From positions 411,665-475,664 of the forward strand of contig CAWBAN010000003.1 of assembly GCA_963786935.1 (NCBI GenBank): 64,000 nucleotides of DNA, written 5' to 3'. The DNA is from an uncultured bacterium. Lineage in GTDB: Bacteria > Krumholzibacteriota > Krumholzibacteriia > Krumholzibacteriales > Krumholzibacteriaceae. The notes under the pieces were generated by a model. That model was not told the origin of the DNA and did no database searches. It was given only the letters and a program-made list of their open reading frames with translations. This document shows positions 39,479 through 50,500 of this stretch, piece by piece. The position numbers and the translations under genes were made by a program. The number at the start of each line of letters is the position of its first letter. Position 1 is the stretch's first letter.

Positions 39479-40453
39479 CTAGCGCGCGGCCCGGATCGCG
39501 ACCGTGCCCGCCGCGGGAGAGTCCGGCTGCACGTCCGTCGTGTACTTGACGCGGCCAGCCTCTCCGAGGAGGAGCGGGTGGAGCGACTTTCCGATCCGCT
39601 GCGCGATGTTGTCGGCCTCCTTGTAGCTTCTCGCCGTCACGTCGACGCTGATGGGGCCGTTGGACGGCACGTCCTGATTGAGCCTGCTCGCCGCGGCGAG
39701 GATGAGCGCCGGCGGCACGGCCGCGGCGGCCTGCCCCCGGGACGGCGCGGCGCCGAGCTCGCCGCCGGAGAACATGAGCACGAGCTCCTTCGGGGTCTCG
39801 AGCGCGTAGGGGGGAAGCTCGAAGCCCTTCCCGACGAAGTTGCGTTTGTTGCCGGCGCGGTCGATCGCCTCGAGCACGTACGAATAGGTGAGTCCGGGCG
39901 GCATGGGCTTCCCGTCCTTCGAGCAGCCGTTCCAGCCGAGCTCCTCCGGAGGCTCGCCTTTGCCCTCGAATACGGCCACGGTGCGGCTCCGCGAATCGGC
40001 GATCGTCATGCGCCAGCTCGCCACTTCCTTGAGCGCGGGACGGAAGCGCGCGACGTTCCCCGACGCGAACACGTCGAGCCACGGGCGCGCGAGGTACGGC
40101 GAGCGCTCGTCGGCCGAGAGCGCCACGAGCGGGGAGACGAAGTCGATGGCGCACCGGGCGAGCATCTCGCGGGAGTTCTGCCAATCGAGGCCGGGTGCTG
40201 CGAGCGGGTCGAGATCGAGCGAGAGCGCGGGGCGCTCGAACTCGATGTGGACGCGGTCCTCTCCCTCCACGGTCAGCGTCTTGAAGACGGTGCCCTCTTC
40301 GCCCCCCTTGAGCGTCAGGGAGCTGTCGGCGGGGGCCGCGGGCGCCTTCTTTTCCTGGGCGGCTATCGCCCCCGCGGACAGGGCGATGATAAGGGCCATG
40401 ACGATGGTGGCGATTCCCGCCACGGCGACGATTCGTATTATTGCGGCGCGCAT
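39479..40453 (-). CDS. Hypothetical periplasmic protein with FlgD-type Ig domain
   Basis: C-terminal part of the listed 603-aa ORF; signal peptide; 'WRMTIADSRSRTVAVFEGKGEPPEELGWNG..KDG...YSYVLEAIDRAGN'; start at 40453 or 40468. Confidence 0.7.
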   Translation of the reverse strand: MRAAIIRIVAVAGIATIVMALIIALSAGAIAAQEKKAPAAPADSSLTLKGGEEGTVFKTLTVEGEDRVHIEFERPALSLDLDPLAAPGLDWQNSREMLARCAIDFVSPLVALSADERSPYLARPWLDVFASGNVARFRPALKEVASWRMTIADSRSRTVAVFEGKGEPPEELGWNGCSKDGKPMPPGLTYSYVLEAIDRAGNKRNFVGKGFELPPYALETPKELVLMFSGGELGAAPSRGQAAAAVPPALILAAASRLNQDVPSNGPISVDVTARSYKEADNIAQRIGKSLHPLLLGEAGRVKYTTDVQPDSPAAGTVAIRAAR

Positions 40454-40473
40454 AGGTGCACTCTCCATTTTGT

Positions 40474-41388
40474 TCAGTCGCTGAGCTTGAAATTGAACGT
40501 TATCGATCCCCACTGCTCTCCCGTTTCCCCGCTCTTCAGCGCTTCGAATCGCCACGCGAGAAGGGCGGCGATCGCGTTCTGGTCGAAATCCCCGAAGCCC
40601 GAGGTCTTCTCGATGACGATGTTCTCCTTCACCTTTCCGTTCGGCATCACGATGAAGTAGAGGGTGAGGGTCGCCTCGACGCCGTCCGTCTTCGCCCACT
40701 CGGGATAGTCCGGCTTGCGATACGAGACGAGCGCGCGATCGGCCACCGGCCCGACGAGGCTCATGCCGTCGACGATGCGCCGGGCGGACGAGTCGCGCTT
40801 GTCGAGCTTCGCCGGGGCGACCGCCCGCTCGGGGGCGGAGGCGATCGTCGCGGGGGCCGCGGACCGCTGCGGGGCGGCCCGTCCAAGCGTGATGGGGCGC
40901 GACGAGGGGCCGTTTTGCCGGGCGAGAGAGACGCCCTTCACCGCGGGCCCGTCGCTCGAGACGCCCGCGAGCGCCGGCCGGTCGTAGGCCTTCGGCGCCG
41001 CGATGTCGGCGATCGAGGCCTGCGCCGTGTTCGCCTTGCGCTCGAGCGCGGCGAGCTTCCGGCGGATGACGTCCTCCGAGGCCTCTCTGGCCTGCGGCTT
41101 GGGCGCGAAGTCGCTCTCGTCCGTCTTGCGCACGAAATGCTCGGGATTCTGCGGCGGCGTCACGAGGATCCGCTTGGCCACCGGCTTCGGCGCCGCGACC
41201 GCGGGGGGCGGAATCGGGGCCGGGTCGAGCCACGTGATCTCCGTGAGCGTCGGCGTCGACGGCAAGATCGTGTGGCGCATCCCGAGCCACAGGAAGAGCA
41301 AGACATGGATGGCGATGCTCACCCCCATGATCTTCCTCGTCCGCGAGGCGATCGCGGCCATCTCGAGACTCAACGCGTATGGATTCAT
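40474..41388 (-). CDS. TonB-family energy transducer
   Basis: N-terminal TM SIAIH, Pro/Ala-rich linker, TonB_C 'PDYPEWAKTDGVEA...V.PNGKV...TSGFGDFDQNAIAALLAWRF'. Confidence 0.88.
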   Translation of the reverse strand: MNPYALSLEMAAIASRTRKIMGVSIAIHVLLFLWLGMRHTILPSTPTLTEITWLDPAPIPPPAVAAPKPVAKRILVTPPQNPEHFVRKTDESDFAPKPQAREASEDVIRRKLAALERKANTAQASIADIAAPKAYDRPALAGVSSDGPAVKGVSLARQNGPSSRPITLGRAAPQRSAAPATIASAPERAVAPAKLDKRDSSARRIVDGMSLVGPVADRALVSYRKPDYPEWAKTDGVEATLTLYFIVMPNGKVKENIVIEKTSGFGDFDQNAIAALLAWRFEALKSGETGEQWGSITFNFKLSD

Positions 41389-41810
41389 CGTGTCACCTTA
41401 TCGTCCTGGAGCGTTGCGATGGCGATCCGGGCCGCCCCGGCCGCGCGCGCCCCGCTCAGTATTTCCTCAATCACGGTATACGGGATTTCCTGATCGGCGC
41501 GGACGACGACGAGCATGTCCTTGTTCTCTTCCTTCGCGAGAATCGATTTGAGCGTCGGCAGAAACAGGCCCGGACGCACGGTGCTTTCGTTGATGGCGAT
41601 TTCCCCGCCCGTCCCGACGGTGATGCTCACGCGTCCCTCGCTGTCGTGTTCCCGGGCCTTCGCGGCGGGGAGCGTGATGTCGACCTTCGGAATGGCCATC
41701 ATCGGCGCCGTCATGAGAAGGATGATGACGAGCGTGAGCGAGACGTCGATGATCGGCGTTACGTTGATGCGCGCCCTGAGCGGCAGAGAATCCTCGATGA
41801 CCCGTCTCAT
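41385..41810 (-). CDS. ExbD/TolR-family protein
   Basis: INVTPIIDVSLTLVII, VVVRADQEIPY. Confidence 0.92.
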   Translation of the reverse strand: MRRVIEDSLPLRARINVTPIIDVSLTLVIILLMTAPMMAIPKVDITLPAAKAREHDSEGRVSITVGTGGEIAINESTVRPGLFLPTLKSILAKEENKDMLVVVRADQEIPYTVIEEILSGARAAGAARIAIATLQDDKVTR

Positions 41811-41811
41811 G

Positions 41812-42222
41812 TTACCTCCCCTGCACGGCGATTTCGGAGGCGCCGCTGAGCTTTGCCTGGTCGAGAACGTTGACGAAGGCGCCGTGCGATACGCGGTCCG
41901 CGCATTCGATCACGACGCGCTTTTCGGCCTTCTCCTCGAGGAGCGGGGCGAGCACGCCGGCGAGATCCGCCCGGGCGACGAGCCGGCGGTTGACGGTGAC
42001 CGAGTCTTCCGAGACGACCCAGAGCTCCACGCGCTCCTGCTTTTCCTCTTTCGCCGCGGCCCGCGCGCTCGCCATCGCCTTGCGCACCCCGATGCTCGAC
42101 TCGAAGACGAGCGGCGTGAGCAGCAGGAGGATGACGACGAGGGTGAGCGAGACGTCGATGATCGGCGTCACGTTGATCTCGTGCAGGCTCTCGGTTTTTT
42201 CGTTCCGACGTTTGCTTGCCAT
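41812..42222 (-). CDS. ExbD/TolR-family protein (second copy)
   Basis: EINVTPIIDVSLTLVVILL, VSHGAFVNVLDQAKLSGA. Confidence 0.92.
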   Translation of the reverse strand: MASKRRNEKTESLHEINVTPIIDVSLTLVVILLLLTPLVFESSIGVRKAMASARAAAKEEKQERVELWVVSEDSVTVNRRLVARADLAGVLAPLLEEKAEKRVVIECADRVSHGAFVNVLDQAKLSGASEIAVQGR

Positions 42223-42236
42223 GCCGCACCCCTCGT

Positions 42237-42965
42237 TCAGCGAACCGGCTCGAGATCGTCGACGATCGCGTCTTCCGCGAGCGCCTCGGCGCGCGGACGG
42301 CGCTCGCGCGTCTCGCGCTCTTCGCGACCCGCGGGCCGCCGGTCCATGCCGGTGGCGACGGCCGAGCGAATGCTCCGCACGTTGTTCTCGGCGATGGTGA
42401 GCATGACGTTCATGCGGCGCGCGAAGGCGTTGTAGAGCATGAGGGCGGGCACGGCGATCATGATGCCGATCGCCGTCGTGATGAGCGCCTCGGCGACTCC
42501 CGCCGCGACGACGGACGGAGAGCCGGAGCCGGTGGCGGACATGTCGTTGAAGGCCCGCATGATGCCGGTGACGGTGCCGAGCAGTCCGACGAGGGGCGCC
42601 ACGGCCGCCATCGTTCCGAGAATGCCGAGATTGCGCTCGAGGAGGAGCTTCTGCTCGCTGAGCGCGATCTGAATCGGCTCCTCGGCTTCCTGCTCGTTGA
42701 ATTTGCCGCTCTCGAGCAGCTGAGCGCCCACGGCGCCCATGGGATGCTTGCAGGAACGGCAGATCCGGGCGGCGCCCCGGAGGTCGCCCTCGCGGATCGC
42801 GCGCATTACCTGCTCCATCGTATGATCCACGCCGCCCCCGCCGCGCCTCCAGTAGTAGTAGAGCCGCTCGAGGACGACGCCGAGGCTGAGGACACTGAAG
42901 GCGACCAGCGCCATCATCGACACGCTCGTGCGAGTCACTTCTATCCAGTCATAACCGGTACCCAT
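42237..42965 (-). CDS. MotA/TolQ/ExbB proton-channel protein
   Basis: LGTMAAVAPLVGLLGTVTGIMRAF, AGVAEALITTAIGIMIAVPA..YN. Confidence 0.95.
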   Translation of the reverse strand: MGTGYDWIEVTRTSVSMMALVAFSVLSLGVVLERLYYYWRRGGGGVDHTMEQVMRAIREGDLRGAARICRSCKHPMGAVGAQLLESGKFNEQEAEEPIQIALSEQKLLLERNLGILGTMAAVAPLVGLLGTVTGIMRAFNDMSATGSGSPSVVAAGVAEALITTAIGIMIAVPALMLYNAFARRMNVMLTIAENNVRSIRSAVATGMDRRPAGREERETRERRPRAEALAEDAIVDDLEPVR

Positions 42966-43030
42966 CGTTCACGCTCCTTGTTCGTCCGTGCGCCCGCTAT
43001 CGGGATTCGGCCGCTTGTGCCGGCATTCGG

Positions 43031-46000
43031 CTACTTCGAGGCGGCCTTGAGCAGCTCAGCGTGCTCCCGGGCCGCCAGGACCAACTCTTCGTCTTTCGAA
43101 TTCTTGATCAGATCGCGATAGGCCGCCAGGGCCCGGCCGTTGTCCCCGCGCCTCTCGTGGAGCGCGGCGAGGCGCGCCACGGCGAGGAGCCGGTAGTCGT
43201 CGTCCTTCTGCTCGGCCGCGTACGCCTTCCGGTATTCGGCGATCGCGCGCTCGTCGTCTCCGCCCTGCTCAGCGCAGTAGCCGGCGCGATAGTGGAGCTC
43301 GATCGCGAGGCGCGCCTCGGGCTTGCCCGCGAGCGCCCGCGCGAACTCCTCCGCGGCCGCGTCCGTGCGGCCCGCCTTGTCGTAAATGTCGCCGAGCTGG
43401 TAGGCGATGTCGGCGGCGCGCTCGTCCGCGGCGCCGTAGCGCTCGCGGTAGAGCTCGAGCGTCGCGGCGGTCCCTTCGGTGTCGCCGAGCATGCGCTTGC
43501 AGAGCGCGAGGTTGTAGAGAGAGGCGGCGGCGATGTCCTTCGGCGCCTCTCCGTCGACGACGCCGGTGAAATCGACCGCGGCCTCGAGATATTTTCCGTC
43601 TTCGAACTTCATCGATCCGAGGCGGAAGCTGATGGTCGGCCTGAACTCGCTCTCGGGGAACAGGCTCAGGAACTGCTCGTAGGCGAGGAGCGCGTCATGA
43701 GAGGCGCCCGCCTCGCGGTAGGAATCCGCCATGAGGTAATGGGCCCGGTCCGCGGCCGAATAGCCGGGGAACTGGCTCACGACGCGGCGGAACTCCTCGG
43801 CGGCCTGGGCGTAGCTCTTGGCCTTGTAGCTCCGCATGGCGATCTCGAACTGCGCGTCCGCGGCGAAGGAGCTCGTCGGATAGCGCTCGACGAGGCGCGC
43901 GAGCACTTCGCTTCCGTCCGCGCGCTGGCCGAGGCGGTAGAGCGCGAGCTCGATGCCCCGCTCGGCGTCTTTCACGATCGGGCTCTCCGGGAAGCGCGCG
44001 GCGACCTCGGAGAAGCGGTTGAGCGCCTCTTCGTCGTTTCCGGCGTTGTACTCGCACTGCGCGATGCGCAGGAGCCCCATCGCGGCGGCGCTGCTCGAGG
44101 CGAACCGCTCGAGGAGCATTCCGTAGCACCGCTTCGCGTCCTTATACGACTCGGCGCGGAAATAGAGGTCTCCCGCGCGCACGAGGGCGCGCTCCGCGAG
44201 GGCGGAGGCCGAATCGGCCTTCACGAGCGCCTCCCAGCGGTCCACCGCGTCGCCGTTCTGATCGAGGCGCTGGTAGCAGAGCCCCGCCTGGTAGAGCGCC
44301 TGGAGCCGTTTCGGATGGTTCGGGAACCGCCGCAGGTACTCGTCATAGGTCGCGGCGGCTTCCTTGTACTCTTTCCGGTTGAAGAGAATGTTCGCCTTGT
44401 TGTAGAAGGCCGAGCTCAGGTTCGCCTCGTCGCCGAAGGCGGCGTAGCGCGAGAGCATGCGCTCCTCCGTCTCGATCGCGAGATCGCCCTGCCCCTGCTC
44501 CGCGTAGGTCCACGCCAGGAGCCGGTTGGCGGGGATCGCGACGGGGTGCTCGGGGAAGGTGGCGATGAGCCCCTTCAGCATTCCCTCGGCCTCGGCGAAG
44601 CGTCCCTGCGCGGCGAGCGCGTCGGCGTCGATGAGGAGCGCGTACGCGCGCCACGGGGACTTGCTCGGCGGCATCTTCTGGAGCATCAGATGGGGCACGC
44701 CCGAGAGCTGCCCGAGGTTGCCCGAGAGGTGGTACGAGTACTCGAGGAGGCAGAGTGAGGCCTCGACGAGCTCGCGGTGGTTCTCCGAGGCGAAGACGAT
44801 GGCGCCGGAGCTGTCGTTCTTCGCGTATCGGTCGAGGACGAGCTGAAAATAGGGGGCCGCCGCGAGCGGGCGCTTCTGCGCGATGAGCCCGACGCCGGCG
44901 AGGTATGCCGCGGCAGGGGATTCGGGAGACAGCGGGTATCCCGCCACCGTGGCCTGATACGTGCTCGTGGCCTCGGCGCCCCGTCCGAGGGCGTCGAGAC
45001 AGCGGCCCACCCGGTACTGCGCCCGCGCTGCGAGCGAATGTTCGAAATAATCGGAGAGGACGCGGTTGAACTCCGCGATCGCCTCGGGGTACGATTTTTC
45101 GGTATAGAGCGCTTCGCCCAGGAAGTAGTGCGCCCGCGCGGCGATGTCGGTCTTCGCGTGCTTCGCGGCGACGTCCCTGAGCTGCTGAAATCCTTCTTCC
45201 GTTTTGCCGTCGAGGTAGACCGCCATCGCCCCGCGGATCTCGGCTTCGCCTCGGATGTCCTCGCGCGAGCATTTCTCGACGACGCGCTTCATCTCCTCGG
45301 CCGCGCTCCGGTAGGCGCCGCTCGCGAGGAAGATGTTGGCCTTGGCGAGCATGGCCGGGTCGTGGAGCGTCGAGCGCGGGTAGCGCTCGGCGACTTCCTG
45401 ATAGAGGGCGGCCGCTTTGAGGGCGGCGCCCTGCGCCTCGAAGGCCATGGCGCGGAGATACGTCTTTGCGGGCCCGTCGGGGGCTTCGTAAAGAGTCGTG
45501 ATGACATCCTCGAAGCGCTCGTCGAGATAAGCGACGACCGAGCGCGCGAGAATGACGCGCGGATCCTTCTCCATCCAGCGGTGCTTCGCGGCGAGCGTCT
45601 CGAGCAGGCGCGCGGCCTCGGCCGGCGCCCCGCGCCGCAGCGCGTTCCACGAGCGCGCGACGAGCGCCTCGCCCGCGAGCGGGCTCTGCGGATATTTCTT
45701 CTCCCAATCCTTCCAAGCCTTGACGGCATCGGCGTCCTTGCCGGCGGCCTCGAGCGACCGGACGGCGGCGAATGCCGCGTCGTCGGCGAAGGGACCCTTG
45801 TCGTCGCGATTCGCGGCGTCCTTGAACGCATCCGCCGAGCGCTCGTAATCGCCGAGGGCGTAGGAGATCTCGCCGGACAGGAAGCTCACCGCGAGTTTCT
45901 TATCCTTCGGCACGTCGCCGCGCGTGAAGGCGGCCAGCGCGTCGGCCGCGCCCTGAACGGCGCCGCTGCGCCCGTCGATCGGGACGAGGCGCGCCTCCTC

Positions 46001-46201
46001 GAAGGAGAGGCCGATGCCGCTGAGCGTCGTCGGCGCCGGCGCCGCGGTCTTCGCGGGGGCCGCGGGAGATACAGCCGCCGTTTTCGCCGACGACGCGGGC
46101 TTATCCTCAGCCCCCGCGCCGGCGGGGGAGGCGGCGAGCGCGGCCCCCACCGCGAAGCACACGATCCATTTCGTATGGGCGTTTACCGATTCGTGCAGCA
46201 T
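43031..46201 (-). CDS. Large periplasmic tetratricopeptide-repeat protein (about 1056 aa, CpoB/BamD-like repeats)
   Basis: Signal peptide after MLHESV at 46201; many repeats of 'A.Y..G......Y..A...F......(Y/F)P.S..A'. Confidence 0.88.
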   Translation of the reverse strand: MLHESVNAHTKWIVCFAVGAALAASPAGAGAEDKPASSAKTAAVSPAAPAKTAAPAPTTLSGIGLSFEEARLVPIDGRSGAVQGAADALAAFTRGDVPKDKKLAVSFLSGEISYALGDYERSADAFKDAANRDDKGPFADDAAFAAVRSLEAAGKDADAVKAWKDWEKKYPQSPLAGEALVARSWNALRRGAPAEAARLLETLAAKHRWMEKDPRVILARSVVAYLDERFEDVITTLYEAPDGPAKTYLRAMAFEAQGAALKAAALYQEVAERYPRSTLHDPAMLAKANIFLASGAYRSAAEEMKRVVEKCSREDIRGEAEIRGAMAVYLDGKTEEGFQQLRDVAAKHAKTDIAARAHYFLGEALYTEKSYPEAIAEFNRVLSDYFEHSLAARAQYRVGRCLDALGRGAEATSTYQATVAGYPLSPESPAAAYLAGVGLIAQKRPLAAAPYFQLVLDRYAKNDSSGAIVFASENHRELVEASLCLLEYSYHLSGNLGQLSGVPHLMLQKMPPSKSPWRAYALLIDADALAAQGRFAEAEGMLKGLIATFPEHPVAIPANRLLAWTYAEQGQGDLAIETEERMLSRYAAFGDEANLSSAFYNKANILFNRKEYKEAAATYDEYLRRFPNHPKRLQALYQAGLCYQRLDQNGDAVDRWEALVKADSASALAERALVRAGDLYFRAESYKDAKRCYGMLLERFASSSAAAMGLLRIAQCEYNAGNDEEALNRFSEVAARFPESPIVKDAERGIELALYRLGQRADGSEVLARLVERYPTSSFAADAQFEIAMRSYKAKSYAQAAEEFRRVVSQFPGYSAADRAHYLMADSYREAGASHDALLAYEQFLSLFPESEFRPTISFRLGSMKFEDGKYLEAAVDFTGVVDGEAPKDIAAASLYNLALCKRMLGDTEGTAATLELYRERYGAADERAADIAYQLGDIYDKAGRTDAAAEEFARALAGKPEARLAIELHYRAGYCAEQGGDDERAIAEYRKAYAAEQKDDDYRLLAVARLAALHERRGDNGRALAAYRDLIKNSKDEELVLAAREHAELLKAASK

Positions 46202-46206
46202 TTCAA

Positions 46207-47508
46207 TCACTCTCCGCCTTCGGGCGCTTGGTCGGTTTCGCTGATGATGACGGGGACTTCGCCCTGCGGCCCGGACGTCGTGATCTCCACCTTGCGCGCC
46301 TGCCCTTCGGTCGTCCGGCCTTCCGAATCGATCACGACGAGCTGGTAGCGGTAGACGCCGTCGGCGAGCGAGAGCCCGTTCTCGTCCTTGCCGTCCCACA
46401 TGACGTGCGGCGGCGGCGTTCCCTTGCCGCTGAACCTGCGCACGATCTGGTTCGATTTGTCGACGATGCTGAGGTCCCACCGCGTCGCGTCGGTCTTGGT
46501 CCGCGACGTGAGGCTGAACTTGGTGACGGACTGCGTGCCGAGCGGCGAGAAGACCGGCGGGTCCGCCTGAGAGTTGGCGAAGAATCCGCCGAACTGGTAC
46601 GAGATGCCGAAGCGGTGCGTCACGCCGAGGATCTGGTCCGCCATGCCGTAGTCGAAGCGCAGGGCGGGATTGATGGCGAAGCTGATGCCGCCCGACATGT
46701 ACGAATCGTCGTAGCCGACGCGCAGCCCCATGAGCGGGTGCACCCAGAACTCGCTCCCTGCGTGGAACCGCGTGTCGAAGCCGTCGCGATAGTCCACCTC
46801 GGCCGCGACGAGCCCTTTGCCCGAGAGGAAGCGGAACGAGGCGCCGCCGCGGACCTCCATCGGGTATTCCTCCGCCGTCTCGCGGAGCGTCAGGTTCGGC
46901 CCCCCGATGTTGAGGAGCGAAACGCCCACTGCGACCGTCGGCAGCACGTGCGCGAGGACGCCGACGTCGGCGCCGACGGCGGAGGCCGAGAACTCGGCGA
47001 TCGACTGGCGGACGATCTTCACGTTCGCGCCGACCGCGAGGCGCGGCATGACGCTCTTCGAAGCCGACACGAGGTACGCCGTCTCGCCGTCGCGGAAGGT
47101 GCCGAGGTCGTCGTTCAGCTCGTTCGTCCGCTGGAACTCTCCCGAGCGGAGCGAGATGATCGTGAATCCGAACCCCGGCAGGATCCGCCGCTCCGGCGTG
47201 GCGAAGCTCAGCACGTTGATCGAGGTTTCCTCGAAGAGCATGGCCGTTTCGAGGTGCAGCTTGTTCTGGAAGGTCTGCGTGAGGCACGAGGGATTCCAGA
47301 GCGCGGCGAGCGGCTCGTCCGCGACGGCCACGAAGGCCCCCCCGACGCCGATGCTGCGGGCACTCGAGTAATTGGAAAGCCAATCCCCCGGCGCGCCGCC
47401 GTTCTGCTCCTGCGCGAGCGCGTCGCAGCCCGTGATCGCGATGAGCCCGAGGGCGAGCGCGATGGCGGCCGCGAAAGTCCGATGCCCGTTCGTATGAATG
47501 CGGTTCAT
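46207..47508 (-). CDS. PorV/PorQ-family beta-barrel protein fused to C-terminal FlgD-type Ig domain
   Basis: SARSIGVGGAFVAVADEPLAALWNPS, VGANVK, DVG, LLNIG, LRVGY, THRFGISYQFG; then 'FSP...WDGKDENG..LADGVYRYQL'. Confidence 0.85.
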   Translation of the reverse strand: MNRIHTNGHRTFAAAIALALGLIAITGCDALAQEQNGGAPGDWLSNYSSARSIGVGGAFVAVADEPLAALWNPSCLTQTFQNKLHLETAMLFEETSINVLSFATPERRILPGFGFTIISLRSGEFQRTNELNDDLGTFRDGETAYLVSASKSVMPRLAVGANVKIVRQSIAEFSASAVGADVGVLAHVLPTVAVGVSLLNIGGPNLTLRETAEEYPMEVRGGASFRFLSGKGLVAAEVDYRDGFDTRFHAGSEFWVHPLMGLRVGYDDSYMSGGISFAINPALRFDYGMADQILGVTHRFGISYQFGGFFANSQADPPVFSPLGTQSVTKFSLTSRTKTDATRWDLSIVDKSNQIVRRFSGKGTPPPHVMWDGKDENGLSLADGVYRYQLVVIDSEGRTTEGQARKVEITTSGPQGEVPVIISETDQAPEGGE

Positions 47509-47519
47509 GGCTCCTCCTC

Positions 47520-50500
47520 TTAGCGAACGACCGCTATCCGGCGGCGCATGACGTGCAGCGTTTCGCCGTGCCCTTCGGCCTCGGCGACGACGATGTACCC
47601 GCCGCTCGCCACGTATTGGTTCTTCCCGTTACGACCGTCCCACGCGACCTCGTTGAGGCCGAGGGCGCCTCCCGCGGCGCCGTGGGCGAACTGCTTCGTG
47701 AGGACGAGCGAGCCCGTCAGCGTGTAGATCTTGAGCGTGACGTTCGCGTCGTCGGCGAGCTTGTAGGCGATCGTCGTGGGGCCCTCTCCCGGATGGAAGG
47801 GATTCGGGTAATTCGTGATGTATCCGTTCGACTCGCGCGGGCTCACGAGCGCCGTCTCGATGTCGAGCACGGCGACGATGGCGTTCGAGGTGGCCTCGAC
47901 GCGGCTTATCTGGGGCTCGCGGGGGCTCAGGAAGTCCGCCCGCGCCACGCCCGTTTCGCTCGTGAGGGTGTCGAGCTGCGGCGAGCTCGCCGCCGCCGCT
48001 CAGGAGCGGCGAAGTCGACCGGCTGCGTCCGGCACGCCGTTGCCGAAGGCGTCGACGACGGCCGCGCTCACCGTCGCGTGCTTGTTGCCGCCGACCCACG
48101 GCGGATTGCTCGTGAGATCGATCGCGGCCGGCGGTCCCGGGCTCACGACGATGGCGTCGGTGACGCCCGGCGCGTTCCCCGCGTCGTCCTCGGCGGTGAG
48201 GATGATGGATTCGGCGAAGGTGTAGGTCTCGGTGATCGAGCGCTGCCCCTGCAGAAGCTGGAAGCGCGTCGTCAGCAGCGTGCCCTTGCCCGGCTCCTGC
48301 GTCGAGGCGTTCATGACGGTGATCGTGACGAAGGAGTTGATCTCCTGGATCACGCTCCCCGCGTCGTTCGTCACCTTGACGGTGAGGGTGAAGGGCTCGC
48401 CCGCCTGCACGGCCGAGGGCTCCGCCACGGCCTCGAGGTGGAACCCGCTCGATATCGCGCGCACCTGCGTCGTGCTCGGCGTCATCGAGGGGGTCGTCAG
48501 GTTCGACGCCGTGATCTGCTGGTATCCGCCCGTCGAGAGGCGCAGGACGAACTCGCCCGCGCCGTTCACGAGAGGCGCGTTCGGCGGAAGCTGCGCCATC
48601 GGATCGTTCGAGGTGATATGGATCATGTCGCTCACGCCCGTCACGGGATTCCACCACGCGTCGGTGGCGTAGACCGTGACGGTGAAGGCGAAGTTGATCG
48701 ATTGATCGGTCGCGGTGCCCGAGCGGCCCGTCTCGGTGCCCGGGGCGAGCTCTTCGCCCGGGGCCACGATGAGAATGCGCGAGTACGTGCCCGAGAGGAT
48801 CTCAACGGGGCGCGACGTGTGCGAGGCCCTGCTCGGGGTCGTGACGTCCGCGGCCGTGATCGTCTGCATGCCGCGCTTGTAGAGCGTCGCCTGGAACGCG
48901 ACCTCGCCGTTCACGAGATCCGTCTGGACCGGCATGGCGGCGAAGAGATCGGTGGAGCTGAGCGCGATGCGGTCGTTCACCGTCGGGACGCGGTTCCAGT
49001 ATTGATCGACCGCGCGCACGACGACGGTGAAGGGCGTGCCGGCATTCTGGCTCGTCGGCTCGCCGCTGTATCCCGTCACCGTGCCGCCCTTCGGCGTCTG
49101 GCCGGGGAGCAGCACCTGCAGCCCCGTGCACGGTCCCGGCTGCACCTCGAAGGTGTTGCTCGTGCCGGTGTGCGGGGGCGTCGAGAAATCCGAGCAGACG
49201 AACGACACGGCCGCGCCCGCGCCCCTGAACACCATCGAGCCCGTCCATTCGCCGTTCGGCGAAGAGAATGGCCTCGGGCGAGATGCTCGCCGGGCCGGTG
49301 TTCGCGAAGAGGATCGCGTTTCCCCCGTAGCCGGGGATCGTGTTGCCGCCGACGTCGACGGCGCGGATCGTCACCGATACCGACTGCCCCGCCGTGACCG
49401 GCGAGGGGATCGCGCTGATCGCGAAATGATCCGGCGCGCTCGGGATGACGTTGATCGCGGCGCTCGTCATCGGCGTGATCGAGCCGTTCGTCTGGTCGTT
49501 GACGGTGAGCGTCTGGGCGCCCACGGTGCCGAGGCTCACGGCGAACTGCCGGTAGCCGTTCGAGAGCGCGCCCGATACCGGCGTGCTCGCCCCCGCGTCG
49601 CTCGAGGTGACGCGGACCACGTCGTAGCTCGACACGGGGTTCCAGTAGTTGTCGGTCGAGTAAATATCGACCGTGAAATCCTGTCCCGCGGCCTGCGAGG
49701 CCGGGGAGCCGACGAGGCCGCTCACGCTGCCCGGGAGCGGCGCCTCGCCCGGAAGCACTATCTGAACGCGCGCGAAGGAGCCGGGGTGGACGATGAAGGG
49801 ATCGCTCGTCCCGTTCTTCGCGGGATTCGCCGCAAGGTACGCGTAGGCGTTCACGTTTCCGCGGTTGATGCTCGTCTCGTCGGCGCGGTACATCGTGAGC
49901 TGTCCCGCCCACGTTCCGTGCGAGAGCGTGACCTCGGCCGGCGACACGCGGCCTTCGCCGTAGCTCGTGATCTCGCGGAGCCGCACGGCGCCGCTGAAGC
50001 CGCTCACGACGTCGCCGTTCGGATCGACGGCCGTGATCGTGAAGTTCTCGGGAGTGCCGGCGTAGCAGTGCTTCTGGCTGATGGTGTTGAACCGGAAGCC
50101 CTGCAGCACCATCGCGGAGACGTACGACGAGACGGCGTCAGGCACCGTCGGGTCGGAGTCGTCGCTCGCGGTGAAGGTGAACGAGCCCCCCGCGTTCAGC
50201 GTCACGGTGAGCTGGACCTCACCCGCGGCGAGCTGCGTCGGGGACGGCAGGCTCGCGCTCACGTCGGTCGAGGCGATCGACACGATGTGCGTGATCGAGG
50301 TCACCGTGTGCCACGTCGCGTCGCACGCGCGCACCTTGATCGTGAACGGGACGCCGGCCGTCTGCGCGGCGGGGGCGCCCGTCTTTCCCGAGGTGGTGCC
50401 CGGCGCGGCGGTCTCGCCCGGGAGCAGCACCTGCAGCTTCGTGTAGGTCTGCGCCTGCGCTGTCGCGCCGCTCAGCACGATGACGAGGAGCGCGAGCCCC

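Noticed and set aside
39479..46201. Canonical Tol-Pal operon
   Set aside because: No tolB or pal in the operon, two ExbD copies, and linkage to PorV-like and cargo genes; the PD40 protein at 52 kb is in a separate unit and lacks the TolB N-domain.
46202..47383. N-terminal ~390 aa of the listed 1450-aa ORF, and similar extensions of the 614-aa and 603-aa ORFs
   Set aside because: They overlap real upstream genes in another frame; signal peptides and RBS positions indicate the later starts.
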